DNA of 64,000 nt from Deltaproteobacteria bacterium (lineage in GTDB: Bacteria > Myxococcota_A > Polyangia > Polyangiales > Houyiibacteriaceae). Below, in pieces: positions 42,289 through 51,885 of this stretch. The notes under the pieces were generated by a model. The model saw only the letters and a program-made list of their open reading frames with translations, made no database searches and had not been told where the DNA came from. Where the stretch lies: positions 128,001 through 192,000 of the forward strand of contig JAXMNT010000001.1 in assembly GCA_034670305.1 (NCBI GenBank), given 5' to 3'. The stretch's first letter is position 1, and each line of letters opens with the position of its first letter. A program made the translations under genes and the position numbers.

Positions 42289-42867
42289 ATGTCTGGAAGC
42301 AAGAAACTGTCGTGGCTCCTCCGCCACGGCGCGACCGAAGCCGGTCTCCCGATGGACCCGGCCGGCTGGGTCGACATCGCCGCGTTGCTCGCGATGCTCG
42401 ACATGAAGCGCGCCGTGCTCGATCAGATCGTCGCGGACAACACCAAGAGCCGACTTCAGGTGGAGGGCGACCGCATCCGCGCGTGCCAGGGCCACTCGTT
42501 CGGGGTGCCGGTCCAGGTCGAGGCGCTCGAGGCGAGCTGGCATCGCTACGAAGGCGCGGATCGCGTCTGGCATGGCACCTCGGTGGAGGCCGCCGAGAAG
42601 ATCGCTGCCAGCGGAGAGATCGCGCGGGGCGCCCGCACCCACGTACACCTGGCGCCGGGGCTCGAGAGTGTCGTCGGCAAACGCGCCGGCGTGCACGTCA
42701 TGCTCGGCGTGTCGGTTGCGCGGGTCCGCGCCCAGGGCCTCGAGGTGTTCGAGTCACCGAACGGCGTCGTGCTCTGCCGCGCTGTGCCGACCGGCTGCAT
42801 CGACCAAGTCGAGCCGCAGACCAAGCGCGCCAAGAAGTCGAACCTCGCCGACCTGTTTCTGCTCTGA
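42289..42867 (+). CDS. kptA: RNA 2'-phosphotransferase (Tpt1/KptA)
   Basis: SKKLSWLLRH, KSR, IRACQGHS, WHGT, RTHVHL, NGVVL. Confidence 0.92.
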   Translation: MSGSKKLSWLLRHGATEAGLPMDPAGWVDIAALLAMLDMKRAVLDQIVADNTKSRLQVEGDRIRACQGHSFGVPVQVEALEASWHRYEGADRVWHGTSVEAAEKIAASGEIARGARTHVHLAPGLESVVGKRAGVHVMLGVSVARVRAQGLEVFESPNGVVLCRAVPTGCIDQVEPQTKRAKKSNLADLFLL

Positions 42868-42887
42868 GAAGACGCCGGCAGGGCGTT

Positions 42888-43044
42888 GACTCAGACCCTT
42901 GCCCTTGCCCGTGCCCGTGCCCTTGCCCGTCGGTTCCGCCCGCGTTTGCGGTCCACTTCAAGTGGATCCCCGAGCGCACCTGGAGGAGCCAAGTGCCCGA
43001 CCCGGGCAAGGGCAAGGGCAAGGGCAAGGGCAAGGGGAGTAGTC
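42888..43044. repeat. REPIN-like inverted (CCCTTG)n/(CAAGGG)n arms around a short hairpin
   Basis: Arms at 42896-42929 and 43003-43037; inner tccacttcaagtgga; lies between convergent genes. Confidence 0.85.
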
Positions 43045-43056
43045 CGCTGTCGCGGA

Positions 43057-43830
43057 CTACTCTTCGGCCGGCATCGGGGAGAACTGGACCGGAACGGGCA
43101 GCTCCCACGCTTCTTCGATTGGCACGATCTTGTCGTTCTCGTCGCGGACGCGGACCGTCAGCTCGAGCACCACGTTGCCGGGGCTCGTCGATCGCAGACC
43201 CGCGCGCAGGCCAGTGAGCGCAGGAATGACGCGCGGGATGTAGCGCATCGACCGTTCGTCGTGGGCCGACTGGTTCTGGAAGTAGACGATTTGGTTCGCG
43301 TTGGGCGCACCGTTGACGACGGTGGCCAGGTCGACAGCGATCTCGTCGAACTCTTCCTCGCGGATGGTTCCGAACCGGCGCTCGAGCGGCTCCACCCGGT
43401 AGGTGCGTTCCCAGCCCGCGTAGTCCGCGACGAGTTCTTCGTCGACGATCGCGAAGAGCGGCACGTACTCATGGAACTCACTGATCCCGTTCATCGTGAT
43501 CGTGATGTTGTGCGGCGCATCGTCCAGGTTGATGAGCACCCAGTCCACCACGATCTCGTAGTCGTGTCGCAGCACCCAGGGGTTGCGCTCCCAGGGAAGG
43601 TCTTCGCTGCCCTCGAAGAGGCCGGCCATGGCTTCTTCGCTCGGTTCCGCGATGGGCAATTCGATCCGCTGCTCGACGAGGAAGATCGCAGTGTCTTCCT
43701 CCTCGATCGCGGCCGGCGTGTCCTCCGTGATCGCGAATGTGAAGAGTCCTCCCTCACCGACGAACACCTGATCGGAACACGCGGCTCCGAACAGAAGAGC
43801 GCCGACCACCAACCAGCGTGCTTCCGACAT
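43057..43830 (-). CDS. Acidic lipoprotein of unknown function
   Basis: Lipobox GAAC-S; 257 aa. Confidence 0.8.
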   Translation of the reverse strand: MSEARWLVVGALLFGAACSDQVFVGEGGLFTFAITEDTPAAIEEEDTAIFLVEQRIELPIAEPSEEAMAGLFEGSEDLPWERNPWVLRHDYEIVVDWVLINLDDAPHNITITMNGISEFHEYVPLFAIVDEELVADYAGWERTYRVEPLERRFGTIREEEFDEIAVDLATVVNGAPNANQIVYFQNQSAHDERSMRYIPRVIPALTGLRAGLRSTSPGNVVLELTVRVRDENDKIVPIEEAWELPVPVQFSPMPAEE

Positions 43831-43879
43831 GGCCCCAGCATAGCAGTCTTGGGAGCCGGCGTCGCCGGGGGCGGTTCGG

Positions 43880-44254
43880 TCAGTGGGCGGTGAAATCGAT
43901 GTCGCCGATTTCCATGTCGAGTGCCGGCTCCGGCTCGGGTTCCATCATCATCGAACCGACCCAGATGCCGAGCACCGTCGCGAGCACGGCCACGACCGCA
44001 CCGACCACGTAGAGCAGGGGGTTCTTCTTCGCGGGCGGCGGCGCCGTGGAACCCGCGGGGGGTGCGGTCGACGGCGCGACGGAGGGGGGCGCGGAGCTGC
44101 CCCGCGGCGGCAGCGGTGGAGGAAGGCTCAGGCCGCCCTCGGCGTCTTCGTCGGCCTCGCCAGCCGCCTCGCCGTCCATGAACAGATCGGCGGACAACGC
44201 ATCCAGCTGGATCGTCTGACCTCCCCGCAGCTTCTTCGAGTCGTCGTCTGCCAT
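43880..44254 (-). CDS. Small membrane protein
   Basis: GGAG Shine-Dalgarno; Pro-rich segment; single TM helix. Confidence 0.7.
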   Translation of the reverse strand: MADDDSKKLRGGQTIQLDALSADLFMDGEAAGEADEDAEGGLSLPPPLPPRGSSAPPSVAPSTAPPAGSTAPPPAKKNPLLYVVGAVVAVLATVLGIWVGSMMMEPEPEPALDMEIGDIDFTAH

Positions 44255-44422
44255 CGTCTCCGCGGCCTATCGCACCACGCTCCTGAAACTCAAGCGTACC
44301 AGCGGCGCTCCACCGCGTCAGCAGATGCACACCTTCGGCTGTTTGCTCGGGCGGGACCGAACCGCGAGCGTGGTCGATTCCATGCAGATGACCCCGGCCG
44401 GCCCATGATACCGTCGGCCCGC

Positions 44423-45133
44423 ATGGAGCCAGTCGCTCGAGCGAGACGAAGGCCGATGGCGGAAGGGGGTGCAGGACTTCTTCTTCTGGCCGCCCTTCTC
44501 CTCCCCACGTTCGCCCACTCGACGGCGCACGCGCAGACCGCGGCGCCCGTCGAAGAAGAGGTCGACACCACCCGTCTGGATGTCGAGCGGCTCCCGCCGG
44601 AGGCGATTGAACTCACCCGCGATCTCTACGCCCACGGCGTGTTCATCGAGGCCTTCATGGGCGTTCGAGGGTTCATCGGCGGGGCAGGGCGCTTGTCCCG
44701 ACCGGGACCCTTCCTGCACATCGGCGCTGGCTACGAAGTCGCACGCTGGCTCTGGGTGTCGGTCGCGGCAGAGGGATCGCTCCACAAGACCGAAGCGCCG
44801 AGGCCCCCGGGTCCCGCCGTCTTCGAGGTCCTGTCGTTTCTGGCCGAGGTTCGCCTGCAAGCCAACATCGGCGCACGGGCCGCACTCTGGCTCGGCGGGG
44901 AGTTCGGAATCACCTTCGTGACCTCCGACGTGCTCACGACGTACGGACTGCAGGAAGCCAGCGAGATCGGCATCGTGTACGGCGGCCAGGTCGGCCTGGA
45001 CTGGCATCTGCGCAACCGGCACCACAGCATCGGTCTGTCGGGCGGCGCCCGCGTCCATCCCGGACTCGAAGGGCTCGATGGCGAAATCGCGATCGGCGTG
45101 CACGGCACGCTCTACCTTCGCTACGTGTTCTGA
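44423..45133 (+). CDS. Outer-membrane beta-barrel-like exported protein
   Basis: Signal peptide AHA-Q; amphipathic strands; C-terminal YLRYVF. Confidence 0.75.
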   Translation: MEPVARARRRPMAEGGAGLLLLAALLLPTFAHSTAHAQTAAPVEEEVDTTRLDVERLPPEAIELTRDLYAHGVFIEAFMGVRGFIGGAGRLSRPGPFLHIGAGYEVARWLWVSVAAEGSLHKTEAPRPPGPAVFEVLSFLAEVRLQANIGARAALWLGGEFGITFVTSDVLTTYGLQEASEIGIVYGGQVGLDWHLRNRHHSIGLSGGARVHPGLEGLDGEIAIGVHGTLYLRYVF

Positions 45134-45248
45134 ACCTGCGTTCGAAGCTGTGATCTGAACCCGCGTTCTGAACCTGCGTTCTGAACCCGCGTTCTGAAAC
45201 CTGCGATTTGAACCGTGCGTTCTGAACGTGCGCTGAAGTCCGCGTTGA
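45127..45248. repeat. Tandem array of about 9 degenerate 13-bp units (GTTCTGAACCYGC)
   Basis: Units start at 45127, 45140, 45152, 45165, 45178, 45191, 45205, 45219 and 45232. Confidence 0.9.
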
Positions 45249-45285
45249 GGCGCCCCCAGCGCGCGCACCCTGCTAACCTCCAGAC

Positions 45286-46449
45286 TTGGCCAACATCGGC
45301 TACCTCCAAGTCGTCCGGCACTGCAACCACCTGTGTGGGTTCTGCAGCAACCCGACCACGCCGTACGAACACGACTTCGACTCCATGAAGGTGCTCGTCG
45401 ACGATTTCGTCGCGCGCGACTACTTCGGCATCATTCTCACCGGCGGCGAACCCACGCTGCACGCAGACCTGCCGCGGATCGCGGAGTACGCGCGCGGTCG
45501 CGGCCTGCACGTTCGGATGATCACGAACGGCAGCCGCCTCGCCGACCCGAAGTTCGCGCGCTCCATGGCGGACGCTGGGCTGCAGCTGGTTCACATCAGC
45601 GTGTACAGCGTGCGGCCCGAGGTCGAAGCCGAGCTGCGCGGCACACCGGACACGTTGCCGAAGGCGTTCGCGGCGGCGGATGCGGCGCACGACGCCGGCA
45701 TCGAGGTGAACATCAACTGCGTCATCAACGCGATGAACGCGGATCACCTCGACGAAGGGGTGCGGCACTGGATGCGCCACCATCCCTACATCCGCCACTT
45801 CGTGTGGAACAACCTCGATCCATCGATGGGCCGGGCGGAGGTGAACCAAGACAAGTTCACGCCGAAGCTCGCCGACTTCGAGGTCAGCCTGCACCGCGCG
45901 CTGCGGCTGCTCCACAAGAGCGGGCGCACCTTCCGGGTGGAGAAGGTGCCGCTCTGTTTCATGACCGACTTCGCGTGGGCGAGTACCGAGACGCGCAAGA
46001 TCATCAAGGGCGAGGAGCGCATCGTGTTCTTCCTCGATCAGAAACAAGCGGTGAGGCAGACCGACTGGGAACACGTCTACGCCGAGGGCTGCGGCGTCTG
46101 TTCGCTGCGGACCATCTGCGGCGGCTTGTTCGATCGAGGCAACGGCTACGACCCGGCGGAGCTCGAACCGGTGTTCGTCGATCGCGATCAGATCGCGCGG
46201 TTGGTGATCGAAGACCCGTCGGACCCGTCCTACGGGCTGCGCAACTTGGATGCCTGGCGGGCGGACTTCGAGCAGCGGATCGCACGCGCGCAAAAGACGC
46301 GCTCGTTGCCGGTGCTTCCCGATGCACCCCAGGTCGGAAAACGCACCGAACGCGCCGAACGGCGCTTTGAAGCCAAACGCGCGTCGGAGAGCCGCAAGGC
46401 GGTCTCGCAGGGCATCGAGATGGAAAAGGTCGACGAACCCGAGGTCTAG
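45286..46449 (+). CDS. Radical SAM protein with C-terminal Cys cluster
   Basis: CNHLCGFC, TGGEPT, ITNG, PLC, CGVCSLRTICGG. Confidence 0.92.
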   Translation: MANIGYLQVVRHCNHLCGFCSNPTTPYEHDFDSMKVLVDDFVARDYFGIILTGGEPTLHADLPRIAEYARGRGLHVRMITNGSRLADPKFARSMADAGLQLVHISVYSVRPEVEAELRGTPDTLPKAFAAADAAHDAGIEVNINCVINAMNADHLDEGVRHWMRHHPYIRHFVWNNLDPSMGRAEVNQDKFTPKLADFEVSLHRALRLLHKSGRTFRVEKVPLCFMTDFAWASTETRKIIKGEERIVFFLDQKQAVRQTDWEHVYAEGCGVCSLRTICGGLFDRGNGYDPAELEPVFVDRDQIARLVIEDPSDPSYGLRNLDAWRADFEQRIARAQKTRSLPVLPDAPQVGKRTERAERRFEAKRASESRKAVSQGIEMEKVDEPEV

Positions 46450-46860
46450 CAGGCTGCTGAAGAACGCCCGTAGGGCGTTCTCGCAGCCTGCCCCTTGCCC
46501 CTGCCCTTGCCTTTGCCCTTGCCCGCGGATCAGCGGTCAGATCGCTTGATCAGCGCGACGAGCATCGCGACGACCTGCTCGAGGTGCGGGGTTTGGGGGC
46601 TGTGCCCCCAAGAAATATCGAGGCAGACGCAAGACACAGTTCGCCGCCTACCTGGCCGGCGCCGCATACAACCTCCTACGCGTCGCGCGGCTACGGAGCT
46701 GCGCCGCGTAGCACCGACCGATGCCCGGCGGCTTCGTCCGCTGGGCATCGGGCTCCGATTCGCGGCCTCGCCGTCGCGAAACACACGGCGTCCGCGACGC
46801 GGGCAAGGGCACGGGCAAGGGCAACGGCAAGGGAGCAGGTCGCTTTTCAGCGACCTGCTA
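46447..46860. mobile_element. Putative MITE-like non-autonomous element
   Basis: Terminal inverted repeats tagcaggctgctgaa / ttcagcgacctgcta; subterminal inverted GGGCAA tracts; internal REP-like motif. Confidence 0.6.
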
Positions 46861-47105
46861 CGAATGGCTTACAGCCGTCCTTTGGCGGGGTGCAAAACCA
46901 CCTTCGACCCTGGTCCACGCAATCACAGACGATCCAAACCGGTCGGCGCTGGGCTGTGACGCGGCGCGTTGGAGTGGTGCGTCATTGTTCTTGACGCGAT
47001 GCGTCACTGGCGGTATCTCTTCGGAGTCAGGCATCGACCCTCCACAGATTGGTGCCTGGCGGAGCTCGTCTCCAAAACACCCCAAAACCCCCAGCTGACA
47101 CCCCG

Positions 47106-47141
47106 GCCCTGCAGGGGAACACCCGTGTTCCTCTGCAGGGC
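47106..47141. terminator. Strong hairpin immediately downstream of rsgA
   Basis: gccctgcaggggaacac-cc-gtgttcctctgcagggc; no clear U-tract. Confidence 0.5.
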
Positions 47142-47142
47142 G

Positions 47143-48084
47143 TCAGCGCTCTTCGTCGTCGAAGATGCGGCAGTAGGACTCGTAGCGGTCGGGGTGGATC
47201 TCGCCCCGCTCCAGTGCTTCTTTGATCGCGCAGCGGGGCTCTTTGCGGTGCGCGCAATCCCGGTACCCGCACTGCCCGAGGTGGGCGCGGAACTCTGGGA
47301 AACAGTCGTCGAGGGCCGCGTCCGGCAACTTCCAGGCGCCCAGCTCTCGAATCCCTGGGGTGTCCGCGAGCCAACCGTCTGCCACCCGGTGCAAGGTCGC
47401 GACACGCGTGGTGTGTCGGCCCTTGCCATGCGCCGCGCTGATCTCCGCCACCCGAATGTCGAGTGAGGCATCGAGCGCGTTGGCCAGGCTGCTCTTGCCG
47501 GCCCCGCTCGGCCCGGCCAGCGCGGAGATCTTTCCGTCGAGGAGAGACCGCAACGGTCCGAGGCCTTCGCCTTTGGTCGCGCAGGTCGGCAACACCGGGT
47601 AGCCGATGGTGGTGTAGCGTGCGAAGAGCGCTTCGCTCTCGGGGGTGCGCACATCGGTCTTGTTCGCCACGACGATCGCATCGAGTTCGTTGTGCTCGGC
47701 GATCACCAAGAACCGGTCGAGCATCTTGGGATGGAACGGTGGATCGCTGTGTCCGAAGACCACGACCAACTGGTCGAGGTTCGCCACCAGCACGTCCTCG
47801 CGGTACCGGCCGCCGCGTCCCGGGTGACGGCGCGAGAACACGCTCCGCCGGTCCAAGACCTTGACGATCACCGCCTCGAATCCTTCGTTCGCATCGCCGA
47901 GTTCCTCGGGCCGCTCGATGCGCACCTGGTCGCCGATCACACAGAGGTCGGTCTTCTTCTCCACCCGCTTGAGTCGGCCGCGCATCTTGCACCGCACGAC
48001 GGCGCCATCGGCGAGGGACACGTCGAAGAAGCCGCCCGTCGCGAGCACGACGATGCCTTCTTCTGGGGTGGCGTCTTTGGACAC
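47143..48084 (-). CDS. rsgA: Ribosome small subunit-dependent GTPase A
   Basis: OB-fold N-terminus, ANLDQ, NKTD, GPSGAGKSSL, GRHTT, DTPG, CGYRDCAHRKEPRC. Confidence 0.96.
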   Translation of the reverse strand: MSKDATPEEGIVVLATGGFFDVSLADGAVVRCKMRGRLKRVEKKTDLCVIGDQVRIERPEELGDANEGFEAVIVKVLDRRSVFSRRHPGRGGRYREDVLVANLDQLVVVFGHSDPPFHPKMLDRFLVIAEHNELDAIVVANKTDVRTPESEALFARYTTIGYPVLPTCATKGEGLGPLRSLLDGKISALAGPSGAGKSSLANALDASLDIRVAEISAAHGKGRHTTRVATLHRVADGWLADTPGIRELGAWKLPDAALDDCFPEFRAHLGQCGYRDCAHRKEPRCAIKEALERGEIHPDRYESYCRIFDDEER

Positions 48085-48134
48085 GCGCGGAGGGTGGGTC
48101 TGCGCCGAGCCATGCGCAACCTCGCCACGGCTTC

Positions 48135-49532
48135 TTACTCGCTGCTGGCGCTCGGTGTATTGCGCGGGAGCACCGGCTGGTCGTTCGCGGGTTTGCTGCG
48201 CAGCGCGAAGTACAAGAGCACGGCGGCCGCGAGCCACGCGAAGATGCCGATCCCGATCACCACGTACGCCCGACCGCGGGCCCGCTTGTCGGCGGGCGCG
48301 GGCAGATCGGTGCGGCCAGGAGAAGGCTCGGGGTCCACCGGCTTCCCGATCACCGCGGTCGAGAGGTCGCGTTGCGGCTTCTTCTCTTTCTTGTCGGGCA
48401 ACGTCTCGCGCTTCTCGTCCGAGCGCGACGGCGGCGGCACGGTCGAGGTCGGCGCCCCCGAGGTCGGCAACCCGAGCACCCGGGAGCGTTCGTCGGTCGG
48501 GCGGTGCAGCGGAATGAGCCGCGAGCTCGATCTCGAGGGCTGCACCATGAGGGCACGGTCCTTGGCCTGGGCCCGCTTCAGCTCTTCCTGAATCTTGCGG
48601 AGCGAGGGGCCGCCGTGCTGCTGCACGAACGCCGCCATCTTGCGCGGGCTCGGACGGTCCGGGACCGCGTCGCGCAGCGCCCGCGCATAACGCGCGGCGG
48701 TCGGACACCGTTTGTCGGGATCCCGCTCAAGTGCCCACATCACGATCCGCTCGAGTTCTTTCGGCACGTCGGGCCGCAACTCGCGCGGCGACGGAATCGG
48801 CAAGTCGCGCACGCGCTGCACGGTCTCGAGTGGGTCGCCGGTGTTGAACAAGCTCCGCCCGGTGAGCGCCTCCCAGGTCACGACGCCGGCGGCAAAGACA
48901 TCGGACCGCCGATCGAGCGGCTGACCGCGCGACTGCTCTGGGCTCAGGTACGCCACCTTGCCCTTGAGCTGTCCGACCTGTGTCTTGGTGCTTCGCATGA
49001 CCGCGCGCGCGATCCCGAAATCGGTGACCCGCACCCGGCCGTCCGCGCCAACGAGCAAGTTCTGCGGCGACACATCGCGGTGCACGACCTGAAGTGCCTG
49101 ACCGGTCGGGGTCGTCGCGTTGTGGGCGTCGTCCAGCCCGCGCGCCGCTTGGGCGAGGGCCTCCGCCACGAACGGAACCGGCAGCGCACCGAGCGTGCTG
49201 TCGAGCACCGCCACGCAGATCTCGTAGAGCGTCACGCCCACGACCAGCTCCATCACGATGTAGAGCGCGCCGTCGTCCTCGTGCCGTCCGAGCTCGAGCG
49301 TCTGCACGACGTGTGGGCTGGTGATGTTCGCCGCGAGCCGCGCTTCGTCCTGGAACATCGTGACGAACTGTTCGTCGGCGAGGTCCGGCAGCAGCCGTTT
49401 GATCGCCACGAGCTTTTCGAAGCCGTGCGGTCCGCGGAGCCGGGCTGCGAACACTTCGGCCATGCCGCCGCTCGCGATGTGAAAGAGCGCCTCGTATCGC
49501 CCGAATGTGAGAGGAGCTTCGGCGGACGCCAC
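48135..49532 (-). CDS. Membrane Ser/Thr kinase
   Basis: GGMAEV, VAIK, HRDVSPQN, DFG, GKVAYLSPE; C-terminal TM helix. Confidence 0.93.
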   Translation of the reverse strand: MASAEAPLTFGRYEALFHIASGGMAEVFAARLRGPHGFEKLVAIKRLLPDLADEQFVTMFQDEARLAANITSPHVVQTLELGRHEDDGALYIVMELVVGVTLYEICVAVLDSTLGALPVPFVAEALAQAARGLDDAHNATTPTGQALQVVHRDVSPQNLLVGADGRVRVTDFGIARAVMRSTKTQVGQLKGKVAYLSPEQSRGQPLDRRSDVFAAGVVTWEALTGRSLFNTGDPLETVQRVRDLPIPSPRELRPDVPKELERIVMWALERDPDKRCPTAARYARALRDAVPDRPSPRKMAAFVQQHGGPSLRKIQEELKRAQAKDRALMVQPSRSSSRLIPLHRPTDERSRVLGLPTSGAPTSTVPPPSRSDEKRETLPDKKEKKPQRDLSTAVIGKPVDPEPSPGRTDLPAPADKRARGRAYVVIGIGIFAWLAAAVLLYFALRSKPANDQPVLPRNTPSASSE

Positions 49533-49654
49533 GCGCGCATCCTACTCGCTTTTCTCTCGCGTCCTAGGTCGAACCGCGCCCGTCCGACCATCGCGTGCCA
49601 CTTCGAGGTGGGGCAAAACCATCCGCAACCGGTGGAACCACGTATACTCCGGCC

Positions 49655-50434
49655 ATGTTCGTTTTGCTTGGCACTCGACCATTCTCGAGCTGTGCTCTCT
49701 TGTTGACCCTCGGGGTCGTGCTCTGCGCCTACCAGCCGCGCGCAGAGGCCCAGAGCGACACGCCTCCGTTCGAGGGTCCGGTCGGGGAGGCGAGCCGCGA
49801 AGGGCTGTCGCAAGCCCGCGATCTGTTCGTCCAGGGCACCAACGACGCGGAGGCCGGCCGTTGGGCGGATGCCTTGCATGCGTTCGCCGAGGCGTACCGA
49901 CTCAGCGGCATTGCCGCCGCGCTCTACAACGCGGCCACCACCCTGCGTTCCATCGGGCGCTACCGGCACGCCCGCGATGCGTTCGACCAGCTGCTCGAAT
50001 CTCATCCGGACCTCGCAGACGAAATGCGTGAGTCCGCGCGCTCGCTCCGAAGAGAGGTGGCGCGCCGCGTGGCCATCCTGACCGTGGACGATCTGCCGGA
50101 GGATCCGGAGTTGCGGTTGCGGCTCGATGGAACCCCTCGTCCGGACACTGGTGCCCGCCCCTTGGACCTCGAGACCGATGGTGGGCAACACAGCCTCCGG
50201 GTCGAACGGGAAGGGTTCGAGCCCTTCCTCTGGGAGGGCCGCATCAACGACGGCGACCGGGTCCGCGTGCCCGCCGTGTTCGTCGAGCTTCCCGAACTCG
50301 AGGGATCCAACGTCGGACGGATCATCATCTTCATCGCGGTGGGCCTGGCCCTCGTGGCGGGCGGCGTGACCCTGGGATTGCTCCTGCGGGAAGAAGGTCT
50401 CTCCCCGAACTCGATGAACGTGGTGGAGCTGTGA
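49655..50434 (+). CDS. Exported TPR + PEGA-like protein with C-terminal TM helix
   Basis: Signal peptide; ARDLF.QG...AF.EAY...LYNAA; GQHSLRVEREGFEPF. Confidence 0.8.
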   Translation: MFVLLGTRPFSSCALLLTLGVVLCAYQPRAEAQSDTPPFEGPVGEASREGLSQARDLFVQGTNDAEAGRWADALHAFAEAYRLSGIAAALYNAATTLRSIGRYRHARDAFDQLLESHPDLADEMRESARSLRREVARRVAILTVDDLPEDPELRLRLDGTPRPDTGARPLDLETDGGQHSLRVEREGFEPFLWEGRINDGDRVRVPAVFVELPELEGSNVGRIIIFIAVGLALVAGGVTLGLLLREEGLSPNSMNVVEL

Positions 50435-50994
50435 GGCGCTTCATCACGACGACGCGCTTTGCGATGCGCTCTGCCTGGCTCTCGCTGGCGGCGCTCTTGG
50501 CCTTCGGTTCCCTTGGTTCGGGATGCACCGACAACGCGGTGCTCGAGCTCGAGGTCGACCTGCCGGCGAACACGACCGGCGCGGACCTCTACGCGTTCAT
50601 CCAGGTCCGCACAGATGAACTCGGCTTCGATGTGCCGTGGTCCGGCGCGGACCCTGTCGATGGGTTTCTGCTCTCGCCGACCGAACGCACCACCCAGCCG
50701 ATCAGCATCGTCGCGGACGCGGCGGACTTCGAACGCGATGTGAGGGTGCGTGCGACGTTCTGCAGCGCGCCGCGCTGCGACGGCTTCGGCGACGACCGCG
50801 CCGCCGAGAGCCGCCTCGAGATCGAACACCCGTTCTACTCGCTCAGCCGGACGAATGTGGTCTGGCGCATCGAGTCCGTGCCGGCGATGACGGACCCGGC
50901 GCCGGTGTTCGTGGAGCGCTGTTCGGTCGCGGGTTGCCGCGATGGCACGACGAGCGATCACTGCCGGATGGACGGCACCCACTTCTGCGAGTGA
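50431..50994 (+). CDS. Cys-containing lipoprotein
   Basis: Lipobox GSGC-T; CSAPRC and C-terminal C...C...C...HFCE. Confidence 0.75.
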   Translation: MRRFITTTRFAMRSAWLSLAALLAFGSLGSGCTDNAVLELEVDLPANTTGADLYAFIQVRTDELGFDVPWSGADPVDGFLLSPTERTTQPISIVADAADFERDVRVRATFCSAPRCDGFGDDRAAESRLEIEHPFYSLSRTNVVWRIESVPAMTDPAPVFVERCSVAGCRDGTTSDHCRMDGTHFCE

Positions 50995-51010
50995 GTTCGT
51001 GAGCGAAGCA

Positions 51011-51475
51011 ATGCCCAAGAGCCCGCGCCTCTCGTTGACGGAGTCGACGGAGATCGTCTTGCCGCAGCACACCAACGCGATCGGCACGGCGTTCGGTGGA
51101 ACCATCATGTCGTGGATCGACATCTGCGCGGCCGTGAGCGCGCAGCGTCACTGTGGTCGGGTGGCGGTCACCGCGAGCGTCGACGCGCTCGAGTTCACGG
51201 CGCCGATCCGCCTCGGCGACGTCGTGATCCTCCACGCCCGCATCAACGCCGTGTTCCGCACTTCCATGGAGGTCGCGTGCAGCGTGCATCGGGAAATCAC
51301 CGAGACCGGCGAACGCATCCTCTGCGCCGAAGCATTGCTGACCTTCGTGAACATCGGACCCGACGGGCGACCGGCCGGCATCGTCCCGCTCGCGGTCGAG
51401 ACCGAAGACGACGCCGCCCGCGCCAAAGCCGCCGTCGAACGTCGGGCCTTCCGGCTGTCCCAGAAACACCGCTGA
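51011..51475 (+). CDS. Hotdog-fold acyl-CoA thioesterase (YciA-like)
   Basis: PQHTNAIGTAFGGTIMSWID, VTASVD, TSMEV. Confidence 0.92.
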   Translation: MPKSPRLSLTESTEIVLPQHTNAIGTAFGGTIMSWIDICAAVSAQRHCGRVAVTASVDALEFTAPIRLGDVVILHARINAVFRTSMEVACSVHREITETGERILCAEALLTFVNIGPDGRPAGIVPLAVETEDDAARAKAAVERRAFRLSQKHR

Positions 51476-51586
51476 GGGGCCTCGCGGCTGCGCCTCGCCA
51501 ACGACTGCGGACCGTGCGGTCTCGACCCAGGGCGTCTCCGCCGCGTAGTGCACGCCAACCCGGTCCTGACCGAAGCAAGCGAGCGC

Positions 51587-51794
51587 CACCTGCTGCGGGG
51601 ACGGAGGGCGCCGGAGTTTCGGTGTAGCCAATAGGGCGGCGGGGTTCCGGCAGGGAAGGGTTCCGTCGACAGAGTCGGCCGCGCGGCGCGACGGTGGGGC
51701 TTGTTTGCCAATGCAGCATGCTGCTGCACCGGATTGAACTGCCGTGTTCGGGGTTCCGCCGTTCGCTGCCCGGCGGGCGGCACAAAGCGCAGCG
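51587..51794. repeat. Left arm of a ~210-bp imperfect inverted repeat flanking the Y1 transposase
   Basis: Reverse-complement match to 52636-52842, including identical blocks tcggtgtagccaatagggcggcggggttccggc and tttgccaatgcagcatgctgctgcacc. Confidence 0.92.
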
Positions 51795-51846
51795 TCCGAC
51801 CCGCGTCGCCGGTGCTCAGAAAGTGGCTGCGCAAGCGACAAAGTAC

Positions 51847-51874
51847 TTGAAACGATGGCCGAATCTGATATGTT
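51847..51874 (+). promoter_or_regulatory. Putative sigma70 promoter of the transposase
   Basis: TTGAAA-16 nt-TATGTT with TGn extension in an AT-rich patch, 11 nt before the ATG. Confidence 0.55.
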
Positions 51875-51885
51875 AGCCCAATCAA

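Noticed and set aside
45127-45248. Possible CRISPR array
   Set aside because: The 13-bp units are contiguous with no unique spacers, and no cas genes are present.
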